This document shows positions 39,181 to 50,699 of a stretch of 64,000 nucleotides of DNA, piece by piece. The position numbers were made by a program, and so were the translations under genes. The notes below the pieces were generated by a model. It did not search any database, was not told where the DNA came from, and saw only the letters and a program-made list of their open reading frames with translations. Positions within the stretch are counted from its first letter, which is position 1; the number at the start of each line of letters is the position of its first letter. This DNA is from Candidatus Hermodarchaeum yapensis (GTDB lineage: Archaea; Asgardarchaeota; Hermodarchaeia; Hermodarchaeales; Hermodarchaeaceae), in NCBI GenBank assembly GCA_016840405.1, contig JAEOSK010000009.1, positions 26,808 to 90,807 of the forward strand, read 5' to 3'.

Positions 39181-40173
39181 TTATGCCTTTAATAACAAAG
39201 CCGTTTTCGCTATTCCACTGTTATAGGCCAACATTTCTTCCATGCGATCTAGAATGATTTGTGTGATTACCGAATCTTTCATCACATCGACAATTGTTTC
39301 AGTCTGACGCTTCCATTGCCGTAAAAGAGGTATTTCCCCTAGCACTTGGCGAACCATCTCTTGATTTCGTTGTAAGAAAGCAGAAATGGCTTTTTTGAGA
39401 TTTTCATACACCTTGTTTAAAGCAGCCACAGCCAGCTTATTCTGTTCATCAGGGGGTTGACGGCGGGTTAAGGCTTCTGCGATGTGTTGGATGTTTTCAT
39501 GAATATTGTGTAGTTGGAGTACATAATAGGCCGTATCAAAAATGTAGGCGGTTTCTAGCTTTAACCCAGAAGGTCGAACAGTCATGGCTTTTCTAAGTTC
39601 TCGTTGGGCTCGCAAGTAATTTCCTCGTTGGCGCCAACTATCATCGATTAATTCGTTTGCTACACGTTCGGTTTCATCCGGGCCCGATCCTAGTCCGCTA
39701 ATGAGTTTCTCAATCATTTCAATCGTTGTGCGACTGCTCATTTTCACGAATTCCATGATATCCTGACCGCGGATAACACTTACACCTTTTATCGTAACTC
39801 TGCGGTCTGTGCTCTCCAGAATTTCATATCCAGGCAGCTGGTTTACAATTTTGTTCAAAATTTTCCGAACTGGCTCATTCAAACGACGGCTGCTCTCTAT
39901 CGTTAATTGATCGTAACCCACGACATAGTACGTTTCGAGAATCGTTAAAAGTGTTAGTTCATCTTGTTCGAGCAGTCGGATTGTAGCAGTCTTTTCAGAT
40001 GGTGTTCCTGTAATCTGAAGTGGCATTATTTTCAAATGCCCTTCAGGCCCCTCTTGGATATGGAGTTGCGCATCAGGTTCAATACCATACTTCTTAATCC
40101 AGCGACGTGGCAAGCTCACTACCAGAGTCTTACTTCTCCCCCATTTGATCGCTTTTCGAGTTTCATCTATCAT
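39181..40173 (-). CDS. Divergent AbrB-PhoU-like regulator
   Basis: ETRK..WGRSKTLVVSLPRRW; YYVVGYD; helical C-terminus. Confidence 0.75.
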   Translation of the reverse strand: MIDETRKAIKWGRSKTLVVSLPRRWIKKYGIEPDAQLHIQEGPEGHLKIMPLQITGTPSEKTATIRLLEQDELTLLTILETYYVVGYDQLTIESSRRLNEPVRKILNKIVNQLPGYEILESTDRRVTIKGVSVIRGQDIMEFVKMSSRTTIEMIEKLISGLGSGPDETERVANELIDDSWRQRGNYLRAQRELRKAMTVRPSGLKLETAYIFDTAYYVLQLHNIHENIQHIAEALTRRQPPDEQNKLAVAALNKVYENLKKAISAFLQRNQEMVRQVLGEIPLLRQWKRQTETIVDVMKDSVITQIILDRMEEMLAYNSGIAKTALLLKA

Positions 40174-40242
40174 TGGAATACGCCTCTCCGCGGGTGGAGA
40201 GAACTTTAATCCAGTCCCATTATTTAGGTAGTGATTTTTGAC

Positions 40243-43200
40243 CTAACTCGCTTCTATCGATGCAAATTCCTTAGTAATTTCAGTTTGTAGATTTTGGAAG
40301 TATTGTGCCATTGAATCAGGTTGGTCGTGCGGCTGGACTTTCATTCGTGCAATTTTCCCTACAACAGGGAGAGCGATTATCCGTCGTAGAGGGACGCCTT
40401 CATCAATGGCTTTTTGCATTTGTTCCCAGAATTCCATGATAATCTTTAGCATCCAGTAGCTTTTCTGTTCGGGGCAATATGTGTCCACTGGGTGAAGTGC
40501 TGACTGCATAAGGTAATCTTCTTTCACCATACGAGCTGCCTCCAGAATAGCGCGTTCACGTTCTGGCAAAGCATCGGGACCCACGAGTTGGACAATTTCA
40601 CGAAGTTCCTTGTCACGTTGAAGAATTGATAGGGCTTCCTCAGTCAGCTCAGGCCAATCATCGCCCATCTTTCCTTGATACCAAGATGCTAACTCATCTT
40701 TGTACAATGAATAGCTCTGCAAGTAATTAATTGCAGGGAAGAATCGCCTTGATGCCATATCCTTATCCAATGCCCAGAAAACCTTTGTAATTCGTAGAGT
40801 TGATTGAGTTACGGGCTCAGAGAAGTCTCCTCCTGCCGGTGAAACAGCTCCAGTAACTGTAACACTTCCAATACGAGGTTCGGTTCCTAGTGTTTCCACA
40901 CGTCCCGCTCTTTCGTAGAATTCAGCCAATCGACTACCAAGATAGGCAGGATAACCTTCTTCTCCTGGCATTTCTTCTAATCGTCCTGAAATTTCACGTA
41001 AGGCTTCTGCCCATCGTGAAGTACTATCCGCCATTAGAGCAACATCGTAACCTTGATCTCTGAAATATTCGGCAAGGGTAATTCCAGTATAAATTGATGC
41101 TTCACGGGCCGCAACAGGCATGTTACTCGTATTGGCTACAAGAAGCGTCCTTTCCATAAGCGATTTCCCGCTCTTAGGATCTTTCAACTTAGGAAAGTCT
41201 TCCAAGACTTCCGTCATCTCGTTTCCGCGTTCCCCACAGCCAACATACACAATAATATCTGCGTCTGCCCATTTAGCAAGCTGATGAAGAGTAACAGTGT
41301 TATGAAGTGTGAAGGGAAGAATTCCACCTACAAAATTATGAGTTTTTTCCACTGTGATATCAAAAACTGGAGTATCTGCTTCGTCGATTTGTATTTGTTT
41401 AATTCGATCAAAATTGACGTGTTCAACGGCATCTACAATTTTTTGGAGTCTTTCCCTGGTTTTTTCGGTGATTTTAGTTTCATGTGAGTCTATTATCTCA
41501 AGGATACGTTGAAGTGAGTCTGTAGAAGGTATTTCGCCTTTTTTCGTATAATTGTCTAAACGAATACCTTGGGTCTTCCTGAAAACATCGTGATCATTTG
41601 GAGTTTTTCCCTCTGTTTTAAGAGTAAGTAATAGTTGTTTGTTAACAGGAACTGTGTCTAAGCCAATGAAGTGTACAATTTCTTGTGCTGCATATTCATG
41701 TAATCGTTGGATTTTGGTATAGGGATATACTCCCTTTGCCTTCAGTTGCTTTGAAATAACTTCTGCAAATTTCCCATTTATTTCAATAATAAATGAGTTA
41801 TTTTTTGGTCTAGCTCGATATATCAGGCCAAGTCGAGTTAAGAGGTAGCCAACATCGCTGTGTAGTTGAGGACTAATAGTACCTAGTTGGAGAGAATATT
41901 TCGAGAAATGTCCATCACCAGCAATATATCCCGCTAGAAAGTGAACGAAATAATCTTCTGGTGCCTTTCGAATGCACGTAGGAACTCGAACGGTAGCGGT
42001 TTTATTATATTCCGGAAGACCAAGGGAGAGTAAGAATTTCTTGAAAGCAGTGTTTCGAATATATGCATATGGTGTTCGATTAGGTGAATCTTGATCAATT
42101 ATTGGTTCGGAATCAAATATGATTAAGGATAGTTCTTTGAAACGATCTAAAATTTGAGGAGAAGAATTGTAAAGATAAATGCCTTGATATTTTCCTTTGA
42201 AGTGTCCATCGGCTACAAACAATCCAAGCCATTCCGCTAATTCCTTGGTAAGTTTATTAGGGATGCAAAAGGGTTCTGAACCTCTTTCTGCTTTAACCAA
42301 AGTAACAGGTATTCGTTGTTTACCTGCAAATTTAACCAAGTCATCGAGAAACTTGAGTGTGGGGTTATTTCTTCCAATCTTATAAGCAATGAGAACATCG
42401 TAAGAAATTTTTAATTTCCCTGACAGAGCTTTTAGTGTCATTTGTTCTTGGAGATCTTGAATTAGCTCTTGCATTTGTTGTATGGCTTTTGAATCAGCAA
42501 CACGCAAAGAGAGATCAATCTCGTAAGGGTCAAATTGTGGTATTTGCCCAGGAACGTTTAATTTTCTAGGCACTACGAGGTAATCACCTACATTTAGTTG
42601 CTGAGATTCAACTTCTTCAATTATTTCACCGTTGAATCGGAAGAGCTTGTGTACTGGTGTTACATTCACAGTTCGTCCAGTACGAGTAGTAATTTTGACG
42701 ATTGTTGGAGTATTTCCTCTGTATATGTGAGTTGCTTTAGCCGGAACATATTTTGTACCATCAAATGATAAAATTCGAAGAGGAGTTTTTAAACGAAGAA
42801 GCGTTTCATTTTCTGAATCCTGTTCGATGAATTCTCCTCTTCGTAGAAAGCGTTTGTATAAATCATGAATTGGGATGGTATCACCATCTGCGAGTAAAAC
42901 AGGAGTATCGCCAGTTACACATTTTCCTGTTCCGAATCCTCCGGGGATGGCTCCTGTTCCGCCTTTGGCGACTGGGAAGAATGAATCAATCACTCTTTGA
43001 CCAGTGAAAAGAGGAACCTCGGTGCCAATCTTGCTGGCATAAGGGCGTCCTATACGAACGGGCCATCTTTGAGTTAGAGTAAGATCCTGCTTTCCAGAAG
43101 GCGTTTGCACTTGTGCAATGCCATCTTTGATAGTGTAGTCTCCTGCATTGACAATGTGTGTTACTTTCCCTTGAATTCCTGGTGGGACCAAAATTTTGTG

Positions 43201-43647
43201 TAGAAATACGCTTGTCTCTTGGACAGTACCTAACACATCTCCTCCTGCCACAGAAGCGCCTTTTTCTACTGAGGGTTTAAACGGCCATTGCTTGTCAATG
43301 GGCAGTGGAGGTGCTGTTACACCTCGGGTAATGAAATCTCCCACTTGTTCCTTAATACTAGGCAGTGGTCGTTGGATACCGTCAAAAATGGAACCGACTA
43401 AACCAGGGCCAAGTTCAACATCAAGTGAAGTCCCTGTGGCAACTACTTTTTCACCAGGTTTCAGACCAGAGGTTTCTTCATAAACTTGTATGAAAGCTCG
43501 GTCACTGACGACACGATTAACTTCGCCAATTAATTCCTCTGAACCTACTCTGCAGACTTCAAACATGGTCACTCCAAGGAGACCATCAGCCTCAATTAGA
43601 GGTCCTGCAATTCGTTGAATAGTTCCAATTCGCGTTGTCATTCTCAA
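40243..43647 (-). CDS. atpA: A/V-type ATP synthase subunit A, intein-containing
   Basis: PGGFGTGK|intein|[24 protein letters not shown]. Confidence 0.96.
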   Translation of the reverse strand: MRMTTRIGTIQRIAGPLIEADGLLGVTMFEVCRVGSEELIGEVNRVVSDRAFIQVYEETSGLKPGEKVVATGTSLDVELGPGLVGSIFDGIQRPLPSIKEQVGDFITRGVTAPPLPIDKQWPFKPSVEKGASVAGGDVLGTVQETSVFLHKILVPPGIQGKVTHIVNAGDYTIKDGIAQVQTPSGKQDLTLTQRWPVRIGRPYASKIGTEVPLFTGQRVIDSFFPVAKGGTGAIPGGFGTGKCVTGDTPVLLADGDTIPIHDLYKRFLRRGEFIEQDSENETLLRLKTPLRILSFDGTKYVPAKATHIYRGNTPTIVKITTRTGRTVNVTPVHKLFRFNGEIIEEVESQQLNVGDYLVVPRKLNVPGQIPQFDPYEIDLSLRVADSKAIQQMQELIQDLQEQMTLKALSGKLKISYDVLIAYKIGRNNPTLKFLDDLVKFAGKQRIPVTLVKAERGSEPFCIPNKLTKELAEWLGLFVADGHFKGKYQGIYLYNSSPQILDRFKELSLIIFDSEPIIDQDSPNRTPYAYIRNTAFKKFLLSLGLPEYNKTATVRVPTCIRKAPEDYFVHFLAGYIAGDGHFSKYSLQLGTISPQLHSDVGYLLTRLGLIYRARPKNNSFIIEINGKFAEVISKQLKAKGVYPYTKIQRLHEYAAQEIVHFIGLDTVPVNKQLLLTLKTEGKTPNDHDVFRKTQGIRLDNYTKKGEIPSTDSLQRILEIIDSHETKITEKTRERLQKIVDAVEHVNFDRIKQIQIDEADTPVFDITVEKTHNFVGGILPFTLHNTVTLHQLAKWADADIIVYVGCGERGNEMTEVLEDFPKLKDPKSGKSLMERTLLVANTSNMPVAAREASIYTGITLAEYFRDQGYDVALMADSTSRWAEALREISGRLEEMPGEEGYPAYLGSRLAEFYERAGRVETLGTEPRIGSVTVTGAVSPAGGDFSEPVTQSTLRITKVFWALDKDMASRRFFPAINYLQSYSLYKDELASWYQGKMGDDWPELTEEALSILQRDKELREIVQLVGPDALPERERAILEAARMVKEDYLMQSALHPVDTYCPEQKSYWMLKIIMEFWEQMQKAIDEGVPLRRIIALPVVGKIARMKVQPHDQPDSMAQYFQNLQTEITKEFASIEAS
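41299..42921 (-). mobile_element. Intein in the AtpA P-loop (541 aa) with LAGLIDADG domain
   Basis: CVTGDTPV...TLHN/T; LGLFVADG and [10 protein letters not shown]. Confidence 0.94.
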
Positions 43648-43728
43648 CCGTCCTTGTTGGTAAACCGCTATCTCGTTTCACTATCAGCTATATTATGTTG
43701 TCAAAAATCTTATGGTGGCTAGACAGTT

Positions 43729-44052
43729 TCAGAATCCTTCGAGTTCAACTCCAATTGCTCGTTTGACTAATCTTCGTAATGGACTTTCTTTTTCCGCGAG
43801 ATGACCACTTTTATCAGGAATCTCGACTATAACCGGATAAGGGCGCTGAGATACTTCTTCAATATTCTCGCGAATCATTTCTGCATAACGCTCGGTGATA
43901 ATTATAATGGAGACACTTGAATCTCTTGATAAGTCCAATAAAGCCCTTCGGGTTGAAGCAGCATCTGATGGTGTGTTCGACTTCAGAATTCCTGCTAATC
44001 TAAAACCTACAACTGTATCGACATCACCAATGATCGCAATCTTATCAGTCAT
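43729..44052 (-). CDS. atpF: A/V-type ATP synthase subunit F
   Basis: KIAIIGDVDTVVGFRLAG...VEIPD..RAIG. Confidence 0.93.
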   Translation of the reverse strand: MTDKIAIIGDVDTVVGFRLAGILKSNTPSDAASTRRALLDLSRDSSVSIIIITERYAEMIRENIEEVSQRPYPVIVEIPDKSGHLAEKESPLRRLVKRAIGVELEGF

Positions 44053-44063
44053 GTTCGTTCGTC

Positions 44064-44813
44064 TCAAGTTTTTTCGTTAGGGGCATATTTTCCAAGGATT
44101 TGTAACTTTCGTAACATACCTTCAATTGATTCCATACGCGATACTGCTAGAGGAACTCTTTCTCTATTCGCGAGTTCAATAGCGAGATAATCCAGTTTTT
44201 CTACACCATGTAATACAAAAAGACTTGGTTTAAAATCGTCTTTGATCGTAATTAATGGGGAACGTCCTGTCGAGGCGTTTACGAGTATTAATGCCCGCTC
44301 TCCTGTTGATTCAAAGAGTTTTAGAAAACCGTTGCTTGACAAAACATCTAACGCCTTTGTGGTATCAACGACCACATACCCAAGCACCTCTCTATCTAAC
44401 GCCTCTTCACCTGCAACAACCTGCGCACGGATACTTTCAAGCAGAGCCGTTGCGCTCACACCTTGGTTAAACTCACGAATATCCAATATTATGCTGGTTG
44501 GAATGTCCACACCCATCAAGCGTTGAAAAGCATTGACTACCTGCCCACCGTTATGCTCATCCAAAGTAATGATGGTCTCAACAAAACGCTTTATGGTTTT
44601 AGTGCCTGGTGACTGGCGGCGACCACTCTCATAATCACTGATAACTGAAGGAGAAACCCCCAAGGATTCGGCCAATTGAATTTGGGGAATATGGAACATT
44701 TCTCTCCATTGCCTCATTACACGACCTGGCTGATCGGATAGGGATATTTCCCCAGCTATACGTCGAGCAAGACGTTGTCTGATCTGTGCCGCCACGGGCA
44801 TATCTATTCGCAT
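44064..44813 (-). CDS. Archaeal HTH transcriptional regulator (COG1709-like)
   Basis: IAGEISLS..MRQWRE..SPSVISDYESGRR; STGRSP. Confidence 0.85.
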   Translation of the reverse strand: MRIDMPVAAQIRQRLARRIAGEISLSDQPGRVMRQWREMFHIPQIQLAESLGVSPSVISDYESGRRQSPGTKTIKRFVETIITLDEHNGGQVVNAFQRLMGVDIPTSIILDIREFNQGVSATALLESIRAQVVAGEEALDREVLGYVVVDTTKALDVLSSNGFLKLFESTGERALILVNASTGRSPLITIKDDFKPSLFVLHGVEKLDYLAIELANRERVPLAVSRMESIEGMLRKLQILGKYAPNEKT

Positions 44814-44895
44814 CGTATCATAGTTTAAGTGCTTTACGCAAATTTACGCTAATTGACGAACTTTTTCTAAAAACGTCAACGTTCAAAAGGGTTAA

Positions 44896-45094
44896 TGGTG
44901 GGCCGACGGGGATTTTCCCCAGTTAGAAATTCTACCTGGCTTTGAACCCCGGATCTCACGGATTCCCGCCGAGAGTTCGTGTGAAACTCCTGGTCCCGAA
45001 CCGCGAATCTTTGGCGATCAAAGGAACTAGTTCCTTTTTCTATACCAAACTAGTCCGAGAAATCGAGTTCCCCGGGAATCTAGACCATCGACCC
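44896..45094 (-). tRNA. tRNA-Pro(CGG) with four introns
   Basis: Removing 45048-45077, 45010-45041, 44963-44994 and 44913-44940 gives a 77-nt cloverleaf with CCA. Confidence 0.85.
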
Positions 45095-45137
45095 AACGTG
45101 GCAGGATACAGGGAATTTCGGCTTAAAATGTTTCTTT

Positions 45138-45962
45138 TCAGCACGAGTTTTGTTGACGTAGTTGGCTGAGTTTTCCCAGCGGGGTTTGATCGAGCATGAA
45201 AATCTCAGCCTCTCTCATTGAGAGATATCGAAATATCGGTGTACCGGCTGGTTCCTTGGGTTTAGTGCGGTTTAAGACATGACCTTGAAGTAGGTCAAGA
45301 AATGCTGGCAAAATTAAGATTTTCATATTGAGAAGTTGTTGAATCCGTTCTTGCTCATTGGTGACTACTTCTTTTCCTATCCATGATTCAATTGCATCTA
45401 AAATTGTTGGTTGCCATTTGGTCCTAACCCAGACTTGATGAGTACGCATTCGTCCTTGAAGTGTAGGGCGTGCCAAAGTTGGGTGAATGTGGCCCATGAG
45501 AAGACTATCACAGGTCAATATTTCTGATGTGGGTTGGGCATGGCCGTGGAGAAGATAGACATGTTGGGAACGAAACTTAATTCGTAGACCCGAAGACGGG
45601 ATAATAGTTGTGTTGTCAGGAACGACTAATTCTAGATCTGCATCATGGTTACCACGGATTATGGTAATTGGCGATTGCTGTTGAGTCCTGTGTAATAGTT
45701 GTGCAACTTCGTGAAACTCTTGCCTAGAAAATTCTCTGATAGAATGCTTGAGATCACCCAAGATGATAACTTCACTTGGTTTGGTTGTCGAAACCAAGTT
45801 ATCGAAGTGCTGAATAATCCTGCTAGTTAGATTGGATGAGTACTGATCCTGTTTGAAGAGTGTGCGTTCATATCCGATGTGCAAATCTGCCACAACTAAA
45901 ATACGGCGTGAACCTTCCTGAAGAAGTAGAGCCGGCTCGTTTTTTATTAGTTCCAAATGCAT
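45138..45962 (-). CDS. Calcineurin-like metallophosphoesterase (Lhr-associated type)
   Basis: ADLHIG, GDLKH, GNHD, HGH, GHIHP. Confidence 0.88.
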   Translation of the reverse strand: MHLELIKNEPALLLQEGSRRILVVADLHIGYERTLFKQDQYSSNLTSRIIQHFDNLVSTTKPSEVIILGDLKHSIREFSRQEFHEVAQLLHRTQQQSPITIIRGNHDADLELVVPDNTTIIPSSGLRIKFRSQHVYLLHGHAQPTSEILTCDSLLMGHIHPTLARPTLQGRMRTHQVWVRTKWQPTILDAIESWIGKEVVTNEQERIQQLLNMKILILPAFLDLLQGHVLNRTKPKEPAGTPIFRYLSMREAEIFMLDQTPLGKLSQLRQQNSC

Positions 45963-46026
45963 TCTTTCTCATATTTACTAATACGATAGGTATTTTTTTC
46001 TTTATGATAAAGAAACGTTTGTAACG

Positions 46027-46461
46027 ATGAGGAAGGAACTTACCACAACGATAAACACTATTCGTGAAAATCAATGTATTTCTGGCTCGGAACTGTCAGC
46101 CTTGGCTCGATACTGTGGAGACCGATTTTGGAAAGCCCTCAAAGCGGTAGCGAATGATCTTGTGAAAAAATATATTTTTGAACCGAGTGGAAGAGAAGCT
46201 TGGATTGTAGTTGGAAAATCTCGAGATTACCGGGTGTTGTCCGAGATTTATTGCGATTGTGAAGATTTCTATATTAACGTCATTGTAAAACGCTCGGCCG
46301 ACCTTTGTTATCATATCTTATCAAAGATATTAGCAGGAGCTCTTGGAGTTTTTTCGGAAATTCGTGTGGATGATATGATGTATGAAACTCTACGAGCTGA
46401 ATGGGAAACGTTGCCTGAAGCGCAGTCTACTCGTAAATCAAGAAAGGGGAGTATTGAGTAA
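46027..46461 (+). CDS. SWIM zinc-finger protein
   Basis: YCDCEDFY...CYH. Confidence 0.75.
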   Translation: MRKELTTTINTIRENQCISGSELSALARYCGDRFWKALKAVANDLVKKYIFEPSGREAWIVVGKSRDYRVLSEIYCDCEDFYINVIVKRSADLCYHILSKILAGALGVFSEIRVDDMMYETLRAEWETLPEAQSTRKSRKGSIE

Positions 46462-46503
46462 AAGTTAAAAACTAGCTAAGCATGGTGCAGAACGGTTCTC
46501 TTC

Positions 46504-46611
46504 ATGGATGTATTTTACCAGGTTTATCAAATGGCAACCCTTGGACTAGCAATCCTAGCCGCATTTCTCATTATGGCCTTCCATATTCTTGGTGGGCGTG
46601 AAGAGGATTAA
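46504..46611 (+). CDS. 35-aa single-TM protein, OST4-like
   Basis: MDVFYQVYQMATLGLAILAAFLIMAFHILGGREED. Confidence 0.55.
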   Translation: MDVFYQVYQMATLGLAILAAFLIMAFHILGGREED

Positions 46612-46628
46612 TCAAGATTTTTCCAATC

Positions 46629-49439
46629 TTAGGTCTTTGGTTCAGCCCACCACTCCCGTGTTCTGATAAACTGCTTCTCGTTCTCTAAAATGAGAAGATA
46701 AAATTCTTTTTCAGGTCGACCATGACTTCCTGCCATAATTCGTTTTACAACAGTCGGTCCTATTCCACGACCAGCCATCGCAATCAGAGCCGGCTTTCCG
46801 TAATTTAACACCACATTCGCGTTTTCTCGTCCTTTCCGTAACGCCCTTTGCTCTTCGGGAGTAAGTTTCATGCCTGCGCGGTGACGACGAATAGCTTGTT
46901 CTAAAAGCTCATCGGTGGGAAAAACACCTGCAATCAATCGAGATTTGCATTTTTTGCACTGTGGATGCTCTTTCAGATGTTTAATGGTCCGGACACTTGC
47001 CCATTGTCCACAGTGGAGGCAAACTAATCGAACTTTGCGGTTCATCAGTCGATTTTTGGTTTGTTCAAGGATATACGCCTCAGGGATTTCAGGTTCGAGA
47101 AATTCTCCAAATCGCGCAAGAATTTGACGGGCAAAAGGTGAGGGACGTTTCTGATAGAGTCGTTTTACGATGATTTCACCAGTTTGGATTGCATTTACGA
47201 TTCTTTGGGTGTTTTCAATATCTAGCTTGTCAGTATAAAATTCGCGGAGAGCCTCATCTATTAGGGGCGTCCCCGTAAAATATTGCATCATTCTAAGAAG
47301 CTGAGTGCTCCGAAGTTTTGCTTCATGAGAAATGACTCCAAATCTTCTAGCGATGTGCAGAAAGCGTCGTGCAAAATATGGTGATCGTAGCAGAATCATT
47401 TCCAAAAGATCAACGATATGTTCGGGGTCAAGCGTTTGTATACCTTCATAAATCGCCTCACCAACTGGATGACCGCCTCCTCGCTCAAATCGGAACAGAA
47501 TTCGATATTGATCTGCATGAAAGGCAATTTCCATTCCTAGCTGAGAAGTCAACAGAGCTGCCAGAATTCTGCCTAAAGTCTCGTTGACTCGAGTTCCATA
47601 GCACGAATGAATCACCACCAACTCGTGACCTATTTCAACAAAAATCGTTTCTTTTTGTGGTAGGAATTCTTCTTGTTGCTGTTTTGTTATGGTTTTCAGC
47701 ATTACTTCTTTAGCTTGCTCATCAACGGTAATTTCAAACTCGAGGTTAGTGGGGTGATCGACGTTTTCAGAAACATACGTCCAAAGATCAGCAACTGCTT
47801 TAACAATATTTTCCGAGACAGGTATTAGCTCACCACTCCAACGAGGAATACGTCCCTTTGTTTGGTTAATAGGTGTCACGAATACGTTTTCTTCATCCTG
47901 CTTAACAACTTCCCAAGGTCGACCACGCAAAACTAGAATATTACCTGTTTGGCCAAATTCCTCTGCAAATCCAGTATCCAAACGACCGACGGGCCTGCTT
48001 GTGGCAACATTGACAACACGGTGATGAGGTGTGTCAGGAATCACTGAGAGATTTTCAAAGTAATAGGCATAAGATTTTCGTCGAGGTCTTAAAATGACAT
48101 CATCTCGGGCGATTAGCCCCTCCTTCTGAAGAAAACCCACTATTTGATTGAAAGTGTCCTGCTCAAGTTCTTGATATGGTGTTGCCCGCTTTATTATATC
48201 AAATGCCTGTTGAAAGGACAGTGTTTTGTATTCGATTGCAAGACCAACCAGTTGATGAGCAACAATATCAAGCGCGTTATGATGAATGGGTGGTACTTCT
48301 AACCGCCCTTCAAGAGATTGATTAGCTACCACTAAACTTTCACAGATATCATCAAACCGTGTAGTTATCATTACACCTTTAGACTTGCGGTCTAAACGGT
48401 GCCCCGATCGCCCAACACGTTGCAATAACCGAACAACCTGACGTGGCGAGCCGAATTGAATTACTAAATCAACAGTACCAATATCTAATCCTAGTTCCAA
48501 AGATGAGGTACAAACTAGATAGGGCACAGCTCTCTCTTTGAATTTCCTTTCAGCTTCAATTCGGGCTTCGCGCGAGAGTGATCCATGGTGAACCCCGGAA
48601 TCTCCTCCATGAATTCTTGCTAATCTTAAGGCGAGTGCTTCTGCCGTTTGGCGTTCATTACTAAAAATCAGGGTTGAAGTATGTTGATTAACCAATTCCC
48701 ATATTCTACGCACAGGACCGTCAAGGGGAGATTCATCGGATTCCTTGTAAGAAAATGGACTATATTCAATGGTAAAATGAAAATCCTTTCTTGCAGGCGA
48801 TTCAATAACTTCGACCGGTTCACCACCATTCATGAATGCTCCAATTTCTTCCGGATTGCCAACCGTGGCAGATAATCCAATTCGTTGAAAGGATAACCCC
48901 GTTAGCTCTCGTAATCTTTCTAAGGCTACCATTAGTTGAACTCCGCGTTTACTCGCAGCGAGTTCATGAATTTCATCAATAACTACACCCTGAATGTTTC
49001 GTAAATGTTCTCGTATGCGTTTACCTGCTAAAAGCGCCTGAAGAGTTTCTGGGGTGATAACTAGTATAGTTGGAGGGTCTAGCATTTGACGGCGACGGGT
49101 ACTAGCTCGAGTATCGCCATGTCTTACCTCGGCTCTTACATCCAGGTTATTTGCAATCAGAACTAGCCTACGAAGAATATCACGATTAAGTGCTCTGATA
49201 GGACTAATCCAGAGAAGATTAATCCCATCTTTGGTTGGCGGATTGGTCAGAATATGATGCAATCTGGGGAGGAAAGCCGTTTCTGTTTTTCCATGTCCTG
49301 TTGGAGCGATGAGAAGGAGATTCTCATTCTGTAAAACCCGTGTGAGGGCGCGCTCCTGGATTGGAGTAGGTTTGCTAAATCCAAGCTTCTTCAGTTCCCT
49401 TTGAATACGGGGATCCAACAGGGAGAAGACATTTTTCAT
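46629..49439 (-). CDS. lhr: Lhr-family SF2 helicase
   Basis: APTGHGKT, RHGDT, DEIH, LSAT, HHGSLS, QRVGRSGH, C-terminal Zn ribbon. Confidence 0.93.
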   Translation of the reverse strand: MKNVFSLLDPRIQRELKKLGFSKPTPIQERALTRVLQNENLLLIAPTGHGKTETAFLPRLHHILTNPPTKDGINLLWISPIRALNRDILRRLVLIANNLDVRAEVRHGDTRASTRRRQMLDPPTILVITPETLQALLAGKRIREHLRNIQGVVIDEIHELAASKRGVQLMVALERLRELTGLSFQRIGLSATVGNPEEIGAFMNGGEPVEVIESPARKDFHFTIEYSPFSYKESDESPLDGPVRRIWELVNQHTSTLIFSNERQTAEALALRLARIHGGDSGVHHGSLSREARIEAERKFKERAVPYLVCTSSLELGLDIGTVDLVIQFGSPRQVVRLLQRVGRSGHRLDRKSKGVMITTRFDDICESLVVANQSLEGRLEVPPIHHNALDIVAHQLVGLAIEYKTLSFQQAFDIIKRATPYQELEQDTFNQIVGFLQKEGLIARDDVILRPRRKSYAYYFENLSVIPDTPHHRVVNVATSRPVGRLDTGFAEEFGQTGNILVLRGRPWEVVKQDEENVFVTPINQTKGRIPRWSGELIPVSENIVKAVADLWTYVSENVDHPTNLEFEITVDEQAKEVMLKTITKQQQEEFLPQKETIFVEIGHELVVIHSCYGTRVNETLGRILAALLTSQLGMEIAFHADQYRILFRFERGGGHPVGEAIYEGIQTLDPEHIVDLLEMILLRSPYFARRFLHIARRFGVISHEAKLRSTQLLRMMQYFTGTPLIDEALREFYTDKLDIENTQRIVNAIQTGEIIVKRLYQKRPSPFARQILARFGEFLEPEIPEAYILEQTKNRLMNRKVRLVCLHCGQWASVRTIKHLKEHPQCKKCKSRLIAGVFPTDELLEQAIRRHRAGMKLTPEEQRALRKGRENANVVLNYGKPALIAMAGRGIGPTVVKRIMAGSHGRPEKEFYLLILENEKQFIRTREWWAEPKT

Positions 49440-49559
49440 TAATCTTAGAACCTCAGTTGTAGAACTGAATAAAGCGTAAGTATCCTACCATTATACACTT
49501 AATGGGGTAAAATAATTTCAATCTCTATTTTTAATTTTCCAAAGAAAAGAGTATTTGTA

Positions 49560-50671
49560 ATGTTGGAGGATGACTTCCGAATTCCAATTTTTGATACTTG
49601 TTTTAATCTATTTGGGGGTAGGCGAAATTTTGCAAAACTTCTAGGAGCAAGTTATACTGCAGTATCAGAGTGGTATCATGGGAAGAAAAAAAGAAGTAAA
49701 ACAAAAACTACTCGTCAATTTTGTCCATTATGGGTAATAGAAAAAATAAATCGAATATTTATTGATCAAAATCTAGAAAATATTGCGAATGAAATTCAAA
49801 AAAATATTACTGAGTATAGAAGCCATTCTGGTAGAAGTGTTATTAATCCAAATTTGCCTATACCTGAAAAACCAGAATTGATGAATTTATTGGCTCATAT
49901 TCTAGGTGATGGATGTGCTCTTAGAGGAAGTATGCCTTACTATTCGAACACATGTGAAGAACTTAGAAACGAGTTTCTGAACGACCTTAAGATATTTGGT
50001 GAAGTTGAATGTTTTGAGAGAATTCAACAATATCATACGCCAAGAGTAATGTTTCCGACAGTAATAGTTCATGTGTTAGAAGGGGCATATCCAATAGATT
50101 TGGGAAAAAAAAGAATCTTTAACCCTTCATTTCTATTTGAACTACCAGAAAAGATGTTAATGGCTTTTTTGATGATGAGGGGCATGTTCATGACTCAAAT
50201 ATCCAAGTATGCTCACAAAATAAAAAATTCTTAGATTTGTTGAAAAAACTTCTAGATTATCGATTAAACATTCCAACCAGTGATATTTTTGAATACCCCA
50301 AATATTTTCGAATGGATGGTTCTATTAGTGAAGCTTACTATATTGATATATACTCTAGGGGGATACCAAAATTTTCTAAGTGCATTGGATTTACTCATCC
50401 GAAAAAGCAAAGATTGTTAGATTATTTGAATAGAAGACAGAGTAGAGGATGGAAATTTCCCGATCAGAAATCTATTAGAAAAGCGATTATTGAAGCTTTG
50501 AGGGAGAATAATCATCTAACGGCAAGAGAGTTATCTATTAAAACCCTTATAACAGCAAGAAACTTAAGAACAAGCTATTTGTATCCCATGGAAAATGAAG
50601 GAATCCTTCTGAAGGTAGGAAAAATGAAGGGGAAAGGTGGTCCAGTTCTCTGGGGTCTAAAAAAACAGTGA
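49560..50671 (+). pseudogene. Frameshifted free-standing LAGLIDADG homing endonuclease with C-terminal HTH
   Basis: LAHILGDG in the first ORF; GFFDDEG appears in the frame of the second ORF near 50162. Confidence 0.8.
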
Positions 50672-50699
50672 TAATTTTTTTGGTGGTTGATGGGTAGTT

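Noticed and set aside
42605-42631. Weak 9-bp periodicity in the atpA intein
   Set aside because: Poor consensus match; explained by the EIIEEVES codons.
27632-45169. ORFs 27632-27934, 29094-29297 and 44942-45169
   Set aside because: They overlap tRNA genes or are antisense shadows.
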